A stretch of 64,000 bases of DNA from Candidatus Heimdallarchaeota archaeon (GTDB lineage Archaea; Asgardarchaeota; Heimdallarchaeia; Heimdallarchaeales; Heimdallarchaeaceae). The stretch lies in NCBI GenBank assembly GCA_030603365.1, contig JAUVXV010000008.1, forward strand, positions 64,001 through 128,000, in the 5' to 3' direction. Each line of letters begins with the position of its first letter. Position 1 is the stretch's first letter. This document shows positions 46,528 through 56,882 of the stretch, in pieces. The notes under the pieces were generated by a model that was given only the letters and a program-made list of their open reading frames with translations, ran no database searches and was not told the DNA's origin. A program made the translations under genes and the position numbers.

Positions 46528-48491
46528 TAGATTTTACCTCCCGAATATAAAATGAGTACCACAATTATAAGTAAAAACAAAGACACTAAAACAACTTGAA
46601 TTTGGCTTCTAAGTTTAGATTCTTCAAGCTTCTGAATGAAATTAGATGTCAGTTTGAAGAACTTAACTACATTTGGAATTACAGTATCCTTTGTTTTTCT
46701 AGCAATAAATTTATATGCTGTAACAATGAATTTCCAAATCCTCATTAAAATATTTTCTACCATGATTTTCTTGATTACAATTTGATAGAACCAATTTGAA
46801 GCTGGAACTATAGCTTTGGTCCAAACTAAAATCACTGGTGCAAAAATGAAGTCAAATGTGTAAATATTTCTGAATATCTTTTCAAGAATTACAGTAAATT
46901 TCAAGAGTTTTTTTGAGAAACTTTCAAAGTATTTCTTAATGATAATAAATGCACATAGTACTATAAGACATCCTGAAAGCAGAGAAATTAATGAAATCAG
47001 TAGATGGCTAAATGTAATAATTGAAGGGAAAGTAAATGGATTTATTATATTGAAACGGGGATAAAGAAAACTATTCAATGAAAGGAAAATAACTACAAGA
47101 ATTGTAATCGTTATTTCAACATTCGTGAATTGAAACTTTTCTTCCAAGGTGATTTGTTTTTTGTAAAGTATAATTGAAAGACAAAAGATTCCAAAGAAAA
47201 GAAGTAGAGTTATTACGAAAAATCCGATATTAAATGCAGGAGAACTAACTGAAAGAATGTGAATTAGTGATAGGAATGTACCATTGAAAGGCTCTACTCC
47301 TAGTATTGATAAAAATATAATCACAAAACCGATAAATCGAGTTGTTGTTCTGATAATCATTACGCTTTTTCTACTCGGTTTCTCATCTTCTTTAGCTTCA
47401 TTTGGCGTAAATAGGAAGGGGACAAGTCCTATAGATATGATAGGTAATGCAATCAGTAATTGAAAACTAATTGATAGATATCCTAACCCTAGAAAGAAAA
47501 TAAACAATCCTGATAAGAGAGCAAAAACAAGAATAACAGTTTCAAGTTTTTGCTGTAGGAATAAAGAAAATATCACGCTAATGAGTGCAAACAACAATCC
47601 ATACCAAACGAAGAAAGTGGAACCTTGAAGAGAGATTAGTAGTACAAATGGAGTAATGTAGATGAAAGAAAGAATAATTGTGAAATGTGTTGATAAGAAG
47701 AGAAAGATCGAATCTCCATTTGGTGAGCATGTTTTTTTGAACCAAGTATGAAATGGAAACAAAGCGTTTTTGGCTATTATTCCAAGAAGAAGTAAACTAA
47801 CAAACAGCTGAACTACAGGTTCATACTTTGTTGGATTTGTGAGGATGTCATTGGATACAATATTGAAATCCAAACTTTTAGCCTCATAAGCTAGAAGTAC
47901 TGAACTAGATATCAATAAAGCATTTCCAATGATAAATGACCCAATCATACTCTTTTGAGCGATTGTAACTTTCTCCTTGGAAATCAGTGTTAGACTAATC
48001 ACCAAATCTATTATCAATAAATCAGCTATAAGCATGAACAATAATATTTGGAAGAAATTTGTAGAAAGAATCACTAAAATTAAGGTGATAGAATATAACG
48101 ATATTTTACTAGTGTATTTTTCTTTCCAATAAGGCTTTTTCCAAGTTAGAAATACATTGGTAAGTGCAAGAATGAACATCACAGTAAAGTAGATAATACT
48201 CTGTGCTAGAGTTAGTTGAAATCCAATTTCAAAAGAATATGGATGGAACACTACAATAGGCACACTTTCTTTAATTTGAATTATTGGAGAACCAAAAAAG
48301 TTAACTAAGAAGATTGAGAAAATAGCAATAGCAAATCCTAAGAAGATAAGAGAAGTAAATATAGAAAACAACTTCTTCCTTTTATCATTTCTAGACTTAA
48401 TTAGAGCAAATAAATATCCTAAGAGTGAAACTAGTAGAAGTAAACCACCTTGTATCAAGAGTAATAATATGATGTTATTCATTCTCTTCAC
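46527..48491 (-). CDS. Highly divergent NuoL/MrpA-like membrane subunit
   Basis: AKNALFPFHTW (compare GKSAQxPLxxW), GVEPFNG, long C-terminal amphipathic helix with YTFD and a final TM. Confidence 0.65.
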   Translation of the reverse strand: MKRMNNIILLLLIQGGLLLLVSLLGYLFALIKSRNDKRKKLFSIFTSLIFLGFAIAIFSIFLVNFFGSPIIQIKESVPIVVFHPYSFEIGFQLTLAQSIIYFTVMFILALTNVFLTWKKPYWKEKYTSKISLYSITLILVILSTNFFQILLFMLIADLLIIDLVISLTLISKEKVTIAQKSMIGSFIIGNALLISSSVLLAYEAKSLDFNIVSNDILTNPTKYEPVVQLFVSLLLLGIIAKNALFPFHTWFKKTCSPNGDSIFLFLSTHFTIILSFIYITPFVLLISLQGSTFFVWYGLLFALISVIFSLFLQQKLETVILVFALLSGLFIFFLGLGYLSISFQLLIALPIISIGLVPFLFTPNEAKEDEKPSRKSVMIIRTTTRFIGFVIIFLSILGVEPFNGTFLSLIHILSVSSPAFNIGFFVITLLLFFGIFCLSIILYKKQITLEEKFQFTNVEITITILVVIFLSLNSFLYPRFNIINPFTFPSIITFSHLLISLISLLSGCLIVLCAFIIIKKYFESFSKKLLKFTVILEKIFRNIYTFDFIFAPVILVWTKAIVPASNWFYQIVIKKIMVENILMRIWKFIVTAYKFIARKTKDTVIPNVVKFFKLTSNFIQKLEESKLRSQIQVVLVSLFLLIIVVLILYSGGKI

Positions 48492-48756
48492 TCCTATTAT
48501 CTTTTTCTAGAAGATTCATCTTTAATTCATCTCTAAACATGAAAATAAGAATTAAAGAGATAGCAAAAAACCCTAGAATGAAATATAGGATTGTGTTTGA
48601 ATTTAAACTAATACTGGAAACTAGTAACAAACCTGAGAAAATAAGAAATAAAAATCCAAAAACCATCATCATCTTTGATTTGGAGAATAATAATAGAAGA
48701 AAACCTAAACCAATACAAACCAACGCTGTTGCTACAAGATAACTTAAGTAAACCAT
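48475..48756 (-). CDS. Small 3-TM protein, NuoK-like
   Basis: Size, 3 TMs, IGLG..L motif, position between the J- and L-like genes. Confidence 0.5.
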   Translation of the reverse strand: MVYLSYLVATALVCIGLGFLLLLFSKSKMMMVFGFLFLIFSGLLLVSSISLNSNTILYFILGFFAISLILIFMFRDELKMNLLEKDNRSEENE

Positions 48757-49424
48757 GGTTCATCTCCCCTCTGTTTATTTTTGGATTTTAGATCTATTAC
48801 AAAGATAAAGACTAGAATAATCAGGAAAATTAAGAAAACTACGAGAATAGCTAAAGCTTCATAATTTTGTGCAAATAAATCAAGAAGAGATATTGGTTCC
48901 AACCAAATTATCTGATTTTGAGATAGAATTAGGAGGATGTACATCGATGTGACAGGAATAGCCAGAAGAACGATGAAACTTATAGCTTGGGTCTTCCTTG
49001 AGATTATCAATTCTTTACTAACTGTTTTATCTTTGAACAAGAAAAATGCAGTGAAACCTATCATAAGAATATATGAATAGCACAGACAAAGTATGAATAA
49101 TGCTATTTGTCCTATTGATAGAAAAATCAAGGAAAATGATAGGAAACTACACAAGAATAAGATTAAACTCATACCATTAGATTCAAGAATCCCCTTAACT
49201 AGAAACCCAGCTCCTATGAAGCTACCCAAGAAATAATATGAATCTGAAGTTGCATCAGAAAAAACAATTACTAAAGCAATTAGAATGACCAATAGTGTTA
49301 TCTTCAAACCTAACCAGATTTTTCTCTTTAACTTAAAGAAATTTGGAAGAATAATTATACTAGTTATAATTAAACTAAAAATTGAGACTAAAATGGTAGA
49401 AATAAATTCTGATAAACCAAACAT
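48744..49424 (-). CDS. NuoJ-like membrane protein with extra N-terminal TMs
   Basis: Hydropathy pattern, LF..NY before the last TM, and gene order. Confidence 0.45.
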   Translation of the reverse strand: MFGLSEFISTILVSIFSLIITSIIILPNFFKLKRKIWLGLKITLLVILIALVIVFSDATSDSYYFLGSFIGAGFLVKGILESNGMSLILFLCSFLSFSLIFLSIGQIALFILCLCYSYILMIGFTAFFLFKDKTVSKELIISRKTQAISFIVLLAIPVTSMYILLILSQNQIIWLEPISLLDLFAQNYEALAILVVFLIFLIILVFIFVIDLKSKNKQRGDEPWFT

Positions 49425-49485
49425 CTCAAGTCAGAAAAAATAAGAAATGGAAAAATAAAAAGGTTTGGGAATCAAAACACTAGCT

Positions 49486-50232
49486 CTACTTCGTTTTTGT
49501 GCCCCTTTTTTTTCTGTGATAACTGAACATTGAAATCACTACTATAACAGAAATCAATCCTGCTGGACTATCGAAGAACGCTGTTTCCTCTAATTCTGGT
49601 ATTGGCAGATTTGCTGTGAACAGTGGAACACTTGTATTATAACCAGGAAAACTTGGTAAGCTTGGAACAAGTGGCATTCCATCACCAAAAGTAGTAAAAT
49701 TACCTAATGTGTAATTTAAACCAAAATCTAGTCTATATAGTAAATTACAGCCTAATGTTTTAGTAAGATTCACATAATAAACGGGTATATTGTGAAGAAG
49801 GTTTTTTCTAATTTCTTCATAAAGAGGATCAGGATAGAAAAGAACTTCCCAATGAAGTGGTGATGTTTCTGGAATTTTTAAACTCCATTTAGCGTTCAAA
49901 ATAATTCTGAATAGATCTGTTTTAACGGTATAATTATAGTGAGATAAATCAAATATTGATACTCCCCAAAAACCATAATATGTATCCATTTCTACATCTT
50001 TGTTTGTATCAAAACCAAGAATTTGCATATATACTGTTGGTTTTTTATAATTATCTACTTCAGGATCTTCTGGGTTAATAATAATTCCTCTATAATCATC
50101 ACTGCTTTGGTTCATCACACCTGTGAAATCCCAAACTTCTTCTTCAGCCCCTTGTGTTAGTGCAACTCTACTAGACATAAAGAAGAATGATGAAAGCATC
50201 AAACCAATGAGTAATAAAGTAGTCTTTTTCAT
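49486..50232 (-). CDS. Secreted surface protein with C-terminal TM anchor (paralog of the next gene)
   Basis: Signal peptide; WDFTGVMNQ and GNFTTFG motifs; TM plus RKKR tail. Confidence 0.7.
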   Translation of the reverse strand: MKKTTLLLIGLMLSSFFFMSSRVALTQGAEEEVWDFTGVMNQSSDDYRGIIINPEDPEVDNYKKPTVYMQILGFDTNKDVEMDTYYGFWGVSIFDLSHYNYTVKTDLFRIILNAKWSLKIPETSPLHWEVLFYPDPLYEEIRKNLLHNIPVYYVNLTKTLGCNLLYRLDFGLNYTLGNFTTFGDGMPLVPSLPSFPGYNTSVPLFTANLPIPELEETAFFDSPAGLISVIVVISMFSYHRKKRGTKTK

Positions 50233-51092
50233 TTCTTAATCCTCCTAATTCGTTTGACTATCGTGAGAATCATAAGAGCAAGTCCTAATGTAGTTAATAC
50301 GGACATAAATTGGAAGTCAACTTCTATACTATGGGTACGAGGACGAGAGGTCCTATCAACATTCTGAGCAACAGTAATGTTAGTTTGTGGCCACCATTCT
50401 TCTTCAGGATAAGGGTCATGTGGGGGACCAACGAATAATGGATTGTCTTGACCATAAGTTGTGAAATTACCATTAATAATAGTCTGGTCTTTCTTAATCT
50501 GTTGCCAATGTCCAACTACACCTGTTTGATTGACTAAATAGGCTATATGTACAGGAACAGCTAGAACTCCTCCACTAAACAAATATGAAAAAGCTATAAT
50601 TTTTATCATAACTCTTTGAAATATAAAATAAATTTCTTCATTATATGATGAGCTAGAACTATTGATTATTGGAGAATCTTCAAGAACATTAATCCATTCC
50701 ATTCCGTTTTCTTTACTCACATTAAAACCATACTCAGCTCCAGGAGATGGTTCCTCCCAGAATATAGATGCATATGGTGCATTTCTTATTTCATTTATAC
50801 CATGTAATGCAACTATTGTATCAGGATTCAAATCATCATCATTCACATCGTCTAAAAGGAATATGAACGTTCTAAGCACATATGGGTCTTCAACAACAGA
50901 CTTAGTTACACCATCAGTAGGATAAATCGGAATATATTTGATTCTGTGAGCTTGTTGATTTGTAATGCCTTTATAATCCCAGTTTTCAGTAAACACAAGT
51001 TCTCCTGATGTTGGAGTTATAGTATTTTTCACAAAAGGAGAGAACATTAATGTTAAAACAATTGTTAGACAAAATATCTTTGGGTATTTCAC
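50229..51092 (-). CDS. Secreted surface protein with C-terminal TM anchor
   Basis: Signal peptide; WDYKGITNQ and GNFTTYG motifs; TM plus KRIRRIKK tail. Confidence 0.7.
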   Translation of the reverse strand: MKYPKIFCLTIVLTLMFSPFVKNTITPTSGELVFTENWDYKGITNQQAHRIKYIPIYPTDGVTKSVVEDPYVLRTFIFLLDDVNDDDLNPDTIVALHGINEIRNAPYASIFWEEPSPGAEYGFNVSKENGMEWINVLEDSPIINSSSSSYNEEIYFIFQRVMIKIIAFSYLFSGGVLAVPVHIAYLVNQTGVVGHWQQIKKDQTIINGNFTTYGQDNPLFVGPPHDPYPEEEWWPQTNITVAQNVDRTSRPRTHSIEVDFQFMSVLTTLGLALMILTIVKRIRRIKK

Positions 51093-51222
51093 TATTTTTC
51101 CACCGGAAATTATATTCTACAAGAATAGTTTAAGTGACATTTATAACCTTTTTTATCCAAAGTCATATCCTCCATAAATATAAATTCCCTATCGGTATTC
51201 TTAAAATCGTTTAAAGGAAAAC

Positions 51223-53049
51223 TTGAACCAGATGTCATGGCTCCAAGACCGAAAACGGTCTCATTCTGCAAAAGAAGTTGCTAAGGTAATTATGCCTTAT
51301 ATTACTAGACGTAAAGGTTTCTTGGTCTTTATTACTATTGTATCTTTTTTTGCTGCTATTATCGGTCTGGTATCTCCGTTATTAGTTAGAGAAGTAATTA
51401 ATACTGCAATTCCGGAGAATAATTTAGAACTTGTTTGGATAATAGGGGGAAGCGTTCTGGGAGTAGCTTTATTTGGTGGATTTCTTCAATATGTTTCTAG
51501 ATTTTACGCTGCGAAATATGCTCAAGAAGCAATTTTCGATCTTAGGAATGACATATATGAAACATTGCAACAGCTAAGTTTAGAGTTCTATGATGAGGAA
51601 AATACAGGACAGATTATGACTAGAGTTACAACTGACTTAAATGCTATACAGAGCTTGATTAGTTTCACTCTTCGATTAATAATGAATGGAGCGGTATTCT
51701 TTATTGGTTCATATATTGCGATGCTTGTTATGAGCTGGAGATTAGGTTTAATTCTTGTTGCTCTTTTTCCTGGATTTATATGGTTAGTTTATTGGTTTAG
51801 TACAAGAGTTAGACCCTTGTTCTATATGGCAAGAAGGCAGTTTGGTGATGTCACTTCAATTCTTCAAGAAAATGTTACTGGGGCACATGTTGTTAGGGGA
51901 TTTGCACAAGAAGAAAATGAGATTGCAAAATTCGATGAATCAAATATCATATACAGAGATTTAAGAGTCAAAACACAAGTCTATAGAGCTATTTATTTCT
52001 CAATTATGACACTGTTAATTGGTATAGGTTCAACTTTAATAATAATGGTAGGAGGTACTCAAATAGTTAATTATCAACTAAAAATTGGTGATTTTATTGC
52101 TTTCTTATCATATCTAGCTCTTCTACCAGGTCCAACAAGACAATTAACATGGTTAGTAGGTATTTTACAAAGAGCATTAGCTAGTGGAGATAGAATAATC
52201 GAACTAATTACTGCAAAGAAAGAAGTTCAAGAAGATCCAAATGCGTTGATTCCACCGAAGTTTGAAGGTGATATAACCTATAAAAATGTCTTTTTTGAAT
52301 ATGAAAAGGGGAGAACGATACTAAAAAACATAAACATCAACATACCTAAAGGTCAAAAAATTGTAATTTTGGGCGGTACAGGAAGTGGTAAAAGCAGTTT
52401 TGTAAACCTATTATCACGCTTCTATGATCCAACTGAGGGATTGGTCATGATTGACTCTCAAGATGTAAAGCACTACAAACTAAAAGAAATGAGAAAGCAA
52501 ATTGGTTTAGTTTTACAAGAAACATATCTCTTTAATGCAACAATAAGAGAAAATATCGCGTTTGGTAAGCCGGATGCAAATGATGATGAAATTATTATGG
52601 TTAGTAAAATAGCCAATATTCATGATTTTATTTCTGGTTTACCTAATGGTTATGATACCAAAGTCGGTGATAGAGGCATTACTCTTTCTGGAGGTCAGAA
52701 ACAGAGATTATCAATTGCTAGAACATTACTAACAGACCCTTCAATTCTGGTTTTTGATGATTCTACAGCTTCTGTAGATGCTGAAACTGAAGCTCAAATT
52801 CAAGAAGCTCTTGATATCCTCAGTACTGGGAGAACAACTATCATCATTTCACAAAGGATTTCTTCTGTCCATTATGTGGATAGAGTATTAGTGTTTGAAG
52901 ATGGGGAGATTATTCAAGATGGGAAACATAAAGATTTGATCAAATCTCAGGGATTATATCAAGAAATTTACCACACATTAGAAAGAAGCTATGGTGATAT
53001 TGAAAAAAATACAACAAAAACAGATTCAGAACTAAGGGGGAATGATTAA
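51223..53049 (+). CDS. Heterodimeric ABC exporter subunit (TM287-like, degenerate catalytic residues)
   Basis: TMD + NBD; GGTGSGKS, LSGGQ, Walker B FDDST (E to D), switch ISQR (H to Q). Confidence 0.92.
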   Translation: MNQMSWLQDRKRSHSAKEVAKVIMPYITRRKGFLVFITIVSFFAAIIGLVSPLLVREVINTAIPENNLELVWIIGGSVLGVALFGGFLQYVSRFYAAKYAQEAIFDLRNDIYETLQQLSLEFYDEENTGQIMTRVTTDLNAIQSLISFTLRLIMNGAVFFIGSYIAMLVMSWRLGLILVALFPGFIWLVYWFSTRVRPLFYMARRQFGDVTSILQENVTGAHVVRGFAQEENEIAKFDESNIIYRDLRVKTQVYRAIYFSIMTLLIGIGSTLIIMVGGTQIVNYQLKIGDFIAFLSYLALLPGPTRQLTWLVGILQRALASGDRIIELITAKKEVQEDPNALIPPKFEGDITYKNVFFEYEKGRTILKNININIPKGQKIVILGGTGSGKSSFVNLLSRFYDPTEGLVMIDSQDVKHYKLKEMRKQIGLVLQETYLFNATIRENIAFGKPDANDDEIIMVSKIANIHDFISGLPNGYDTKVGDRGITLSGGQKQRLSIARTLLTDPSILVFDDSTASVDAETEAQIQEALDILSTGRTTIIISQRISSVHYVDRVLVFEDGEIIQDGKHKDLIKSQGLYQEIYHTLERSYGDIEKNTTKTDSELRGND

Positions 53050-54965
53050 TGGGGCACATAATGAGACAAATGGCACGAGAAGAAGAACAACGAGAGAAGA
53101 AATATTCTGATTGGGTTCTTTTCAGAAGAGTATTTGGAGTATTTAGCTATTATAAAGCTGAAGCTGGTTCAGTACTTGCAATAGTAGTTGTTTTTTCTGT
53201 TTTTACATCTACAGTACCTCTACTTCTTGCACAAATTATTGATTTATTTATCTCTCCTTTAGCAAGATCGAGTGCGTATATCGTAAATTACTTTAATTCT
53301 TTTACAAGTTATGAAACGATCAACGAGGTTCTAATTCAGAGTAAACTGAAAATACTTGCCCCATCAGCAACTTCACAAGATATAAATTCTATTTTGATTA
53401 TGGGAGCAATGTATCTGTTATTTATGATAATGAATTTCATTATGATACTTGTAAGAACAATTTTCTTTGCTCGATTGGGTCAGAAAATGATATACCGTAT
53501 AAGAAATGATTTATTCGCAAAATTGCAGTATCTTTCATTTGAGTATTTCACAGAAACAGAATCAGGCAGAACAATTTCAAAGTTAACGAACGATGTTGAT
53601 TCCTTAGGAGAACTATTAACAACAGGAATTATAGATATCTTTGCTGATTTTGTTAGTTTAGTATGGATACTTGCCCTTATGTTTATTATTGATGTCCAGA
53701 TGGCTTTGTTCACTCTCACTGTTATTCCAGTATTGCTGGTAATAGCATTTCTTTTCCAAAGGAAAGTTAGGTCGGCTTATAGAAGAACAAGAGTAGCAAT
53801 AGCTAAAGTAACTGCAAACTTGCAAGAAACAATATCTGGTGTAAAAGTAACTAAAGCACTTTCTAGAGAAGAAAAAAACATTCAGAATTTTAAGGGTTTA
53901 AATCGTGAGAATTATTCAGCTAATGTTCATGCAGCTAGTATCTCATCACTATTTATGCCCATAATACAAATTATTGCAGCATTAGGCAGCACTATCGTTA
54001 TTGTTTTTGGGGGTTATTCTGTCATTACAACAGGAACAATATCTCTGGGTGAACTTTATGCCTTCCTTGAATATTCTAACAGATTCTTTATGCCAGTCAT
54101 AAGTCTGTTTACCTTCTATACAACAATTCAATCAGGTTTCGCTAGTGCAGAAAGAATATTTGAGATTCTTGATGAAGAACCTTCTGTAAAAAACTCAAAA
54201 GAACCAATCATACCTGAGGTAATAAACGGTCATTTAAAGCTGGTAAATGTTGACTTTCATTATCTACCAGAAGTTCCTATTCTAAAAGATATTAATCTAG
54301 CAATAGAACCTGGAAAGAGCATCGCTTTAGTTGGTCAAACTGGTGCTGGAAAAACCACAATCACGAAACTACTCTCTCGCTATTATGACGTGACAGCTGG
54401 AGAGTTATTTGTTGATGGTATAAATATTAAAGAAATTGACTTAGAAACTTTGAGAAAAAATATAGCCGTTGTTCCTCAAGATGTATATCTGTTTAGTGGT
54501 TCTATTATGGACAACTTAAAATTTGGAAGAAAAGAGGCTTCTGATGATGAAGTATATGAGATTTGCTTAATACTAGGCTTACACGATTATATTCTGAAAC
54601 TTCCAGAAGGATATGATACTGATGTGAAAGAAGGTGGAGCCAGATTATCATTAGGACAGAGGCAATTGATATCTCTTGCTAGAGCTGTAGTGGCAAATCC
54701 AAGTATTCTCATTTTAGATGAGTGCAGCAGTTCAGTTGATCCTATTACAGAAGCTCTTATTCAAAAAGGTATAAATTATATCTTGAAGGAAAGAACATCA
54801 ATCATTATTGCTCATAGGTTAAGTACCATTAAAAATGTCTCACAAATAGTAGTCTTAGACGATGGTGAAATTGTGGAAATAGGTTCTCATAAAGAGCTTC
54901 TTCGTAAAAAAGGTAGATATCACGACTTATACGAAACACAAATTACAAGTAATCTAATTAATTAA
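53049..54965 (+). CDS. Heterodimeric ABC exporter subunit (TM288-like)
   Basis: TMD + NBD; GQTGAGKT, LSLGQ, ILDE and IAHR motifs. Confidence 0.92.
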   Translation: MGHIMRQMAREEEQREKKYSDWVLFRRVFGVFSYYKAEAGSVLAIVVVFSVFTSTVPLLLAQIIDLFISPLARSSAYIVNYFNSFTSYETINEVLIQSKLKILAPSATSQDINSILIMGAMYLLFMIMNFIMILVRTIFFARLGQKMIYRIRNDLFAKLQYLSFEYFTETESGRTISKLTNDVDSLGELLTTGIIDIFADFVSLVWILALMFIIDVQMALFTLTVIPVLLVIAFLFQRKVRSAYRRTRVAIAKVTANLQETISGVKVTKALSREEKNIQNFKGLNRENYSANVHAASISSLFMPIIQIIAALGSTIVIVFGGYSVITTGTISLGELYAFLEYSNRFFMPVISLFTFYTTIQSGFASAERIFEILDEEPSVKNSKEPIIPEVINGHLKLVNVDFHYLPEVPILKDINLAIEPGKSIALVGQTGAGKTTITKLLSRYYDVTAGELFVDGINIKEIDLETLRKNIAVVPQDVYLFSGSIMDNLKFGRKEASDDEVYEICLILGLHDYILKLPEGYDTDVKEGGARLSLGQRQLISLARAVVANPSILILDECSSSVDPITEALIQKGINYILKERTSIIIAHRLSTIKNVSQIVVLDDGEIVEIGSHKELLRKKGRYHDLYETQITSNLIN

Positions 54966-55028
54966 AATAGGAGTAACTTCATTTCAAAATCCTTTTTAGA
55001 TATTCATTTCTTTTAATCTTGAAATTAA

Positions 55029-56882
55029 ATGGCAAGGGTAGAAGAACTTATAGCTAACAACGAGAGTAGAGTGTTATGTTTAGGAAATGAAGCTATCGCT
55101 AGAGGTGCATTAGAGGCAGGGGTTCAAGTTTTTGCAGCTTATCCAGGCACACCTAGTAGTGAAGCAAGTACAGCTATCATTGCAACAGCTTCTAAGTTAG
55201 GTCATTATGCTGAATGGAGCACAAATGAAAAAGTTGCATTCGAAACTGCATATGCAGCGTCTATTTCGGGAGTAAGAGCTATGACTGCTTGTAAACACGT
55301 GGGAATAAATGTTCTTGCTGATGCACTTTTCAGTGCAGCATATATGGGGACAACTGGCGGTTTTGTTGTTTTAGTTGCAGATGATCCTCATTGTTTTAGC
55401 AGTCAAAATGAACAAGATTCAAGATGGCTAGGAGTAACAGCTCAAATTCCTATACTTGAACCATCTAACCCACAAGAAGCAAAAAATTTCACAAAATTAG
55501 CTTTTGATATTAGTGAAAAATTTGAAACCATAATGATTCTAAGGTCTACTACAAGGATCTCTCATGCTAGATCAGATGTAGAATTCAACGAATTTGAATC
55601 GAACTTTAGAGAAGGAGAATTTGAAAAGGGTATGAGATATAAGTGTCTTCCAGCTATTGCACGAGCAAACCATCCTAAGCTAGTGGCTAAGATGGATGAA
55701 ATCAAGAAATGGATACCAGAAAGTGGTTTATCTATAATTGAAGGATCCGGGAATAATGAATTTGGAGTGATAACAAGTGGTATTTCTTATGCTTACCTTA
55801 AGGATGCACTATCATTGCTAAAAAAAGATCTTCCAATACTTAAACTAGGTATGATTGCTCCTCTTGATGAAAAAACAATTTTAGAATTTGCACGAGATAA
55901 GAAAAATATCATTTTTATTGAAGAAGTTAATCCTTATTTGGAAGATAGAATTTGTGCTCTTTTATTACAGAACAATATAACTCCGAAAATACATGGTAAA
56001 TCATCAGGGATCACAAAAAGATACCATGAATTGAATTCAAGACTTGTCGCGGAAGCACTGCAGGGAATCATAGGTGGAGAATTAACTTCAGTAACTGAGA
56101 TAGAAAATACTTCAGAAGAAAATAATGATTTTATACCATTCAGACCCCCATTGTTTTGCCCTGGATGTCAACATAGAGCTGCTTTTTGGGAGCTTTCAAA
56201 AGTAGTTAGAAAAAATAAAGGCATATTCGCTTCTGATATTGGATGCTATTCCTTAGATCCTTGGGTGACAGATACTATATTATGTATGGGGGGAGGTATA
56301 AGTATGGCAAATGGTTTTGCTCGTGTTATCACAGATAAACCTATCTTTGCATATATTGGTGATAGCACATTCTTTCATACAGGTTTACCAGCTTTAGCAA
56401 ACGCTGTTTATCATAAAGCAAACATTACCATTTTAGTTCTAGACAATAGAATGACCGCAATGACAGGTTTTCAACCAAACCCTACAGAAGTTATTGATAT
56501 AGTCGATGTTGCTAAATCTTTTGGAGTAGAGTATGTTGTAGAATTTGATCCATATGATTTTGAGAATGGAAAGAAAACATTCGAAGAAGCATTGAAACAC
56601 GAAGGACCCACCGTTATAATTATGAGAAAAGTATGTGCAAATGAATGGTGGAGGCAGAAAAGGAGAAGAGGAGAAAAAATTGAAGTTTATACAATAGACC
56701 CTGAAACTTGCATATCGTGTGGTACATGTTTAGTTCAATATCAATGTCCTGCAATCCATTGGAGCTTAGATACTAATTCAAAAGGTAAAAACTATTCTGT
56801 TATTGATCCTTCAATGTGTACAGGATGTAGTGTTTGTTCTCAAATATGCCCGACAGGAGCAATTACAAAGGCGGTGGACTAA
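55029..56882 (+). CDS. iorA: Indolepyruvate:ferredoxin oxidoreductase alpha subunit
   Basis: GNEAIARG, YPGTPS, NEKVA, KHVG, SSQNEQD, CPGC, GDSTFFH motifs; two C-terminal 4Fe-4S motifs. Confidence 0.95.
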   Translation: MARVEELIANNESRVLCLGNEAIARGALEAGVQVFAAYPGTPSSEASTAIIATASKLGHYAEWSTNEKVAFETAYAASISGVRAMTACKHVGINVLADALFSAAYMGTTGGFVVLVADDPHCFSSQNEQDSRWLGVTAQIPILEPSNPQEAKNFTKLAFDISEKFETIMILRSTTRISHARSDVEFNEFESNFREGEFEKGMRYKCLPAIARANHPKLVAKMDEIKKWIPESGLSIIEGSGNNEFGVITSGISYAYLKDALSLLKKDLPILKLGMIAPLDEKTILEFARDKKNIIFIEEVNPYLEDRICALLLQNNITPKIHGKSSGITKRYHELNSRLVAEALQGIIGGELTSVTEIENTSEENNDFIPFRPPLFCPGCQHRAAFWELSKVVRKNKGIFASDIGCYSLDPWVTDTILCMGGGISMANGFARVITDKPIFAYIGDSTFFHTGLPALANAVYHKANITILVLDNRMTAMTGFQPNPTEVIDIVDVAKSFGVEYVVEFDPYDFENGKKTFEEALKHEGPTVIIMRKVCANEWWRQKRRRGEKIEVYTIDPETCISCGTCLVQYQCPAIHWSLDTNSKGKNYSVIDPSMCTGCSVCSQICPTGAITKAVD

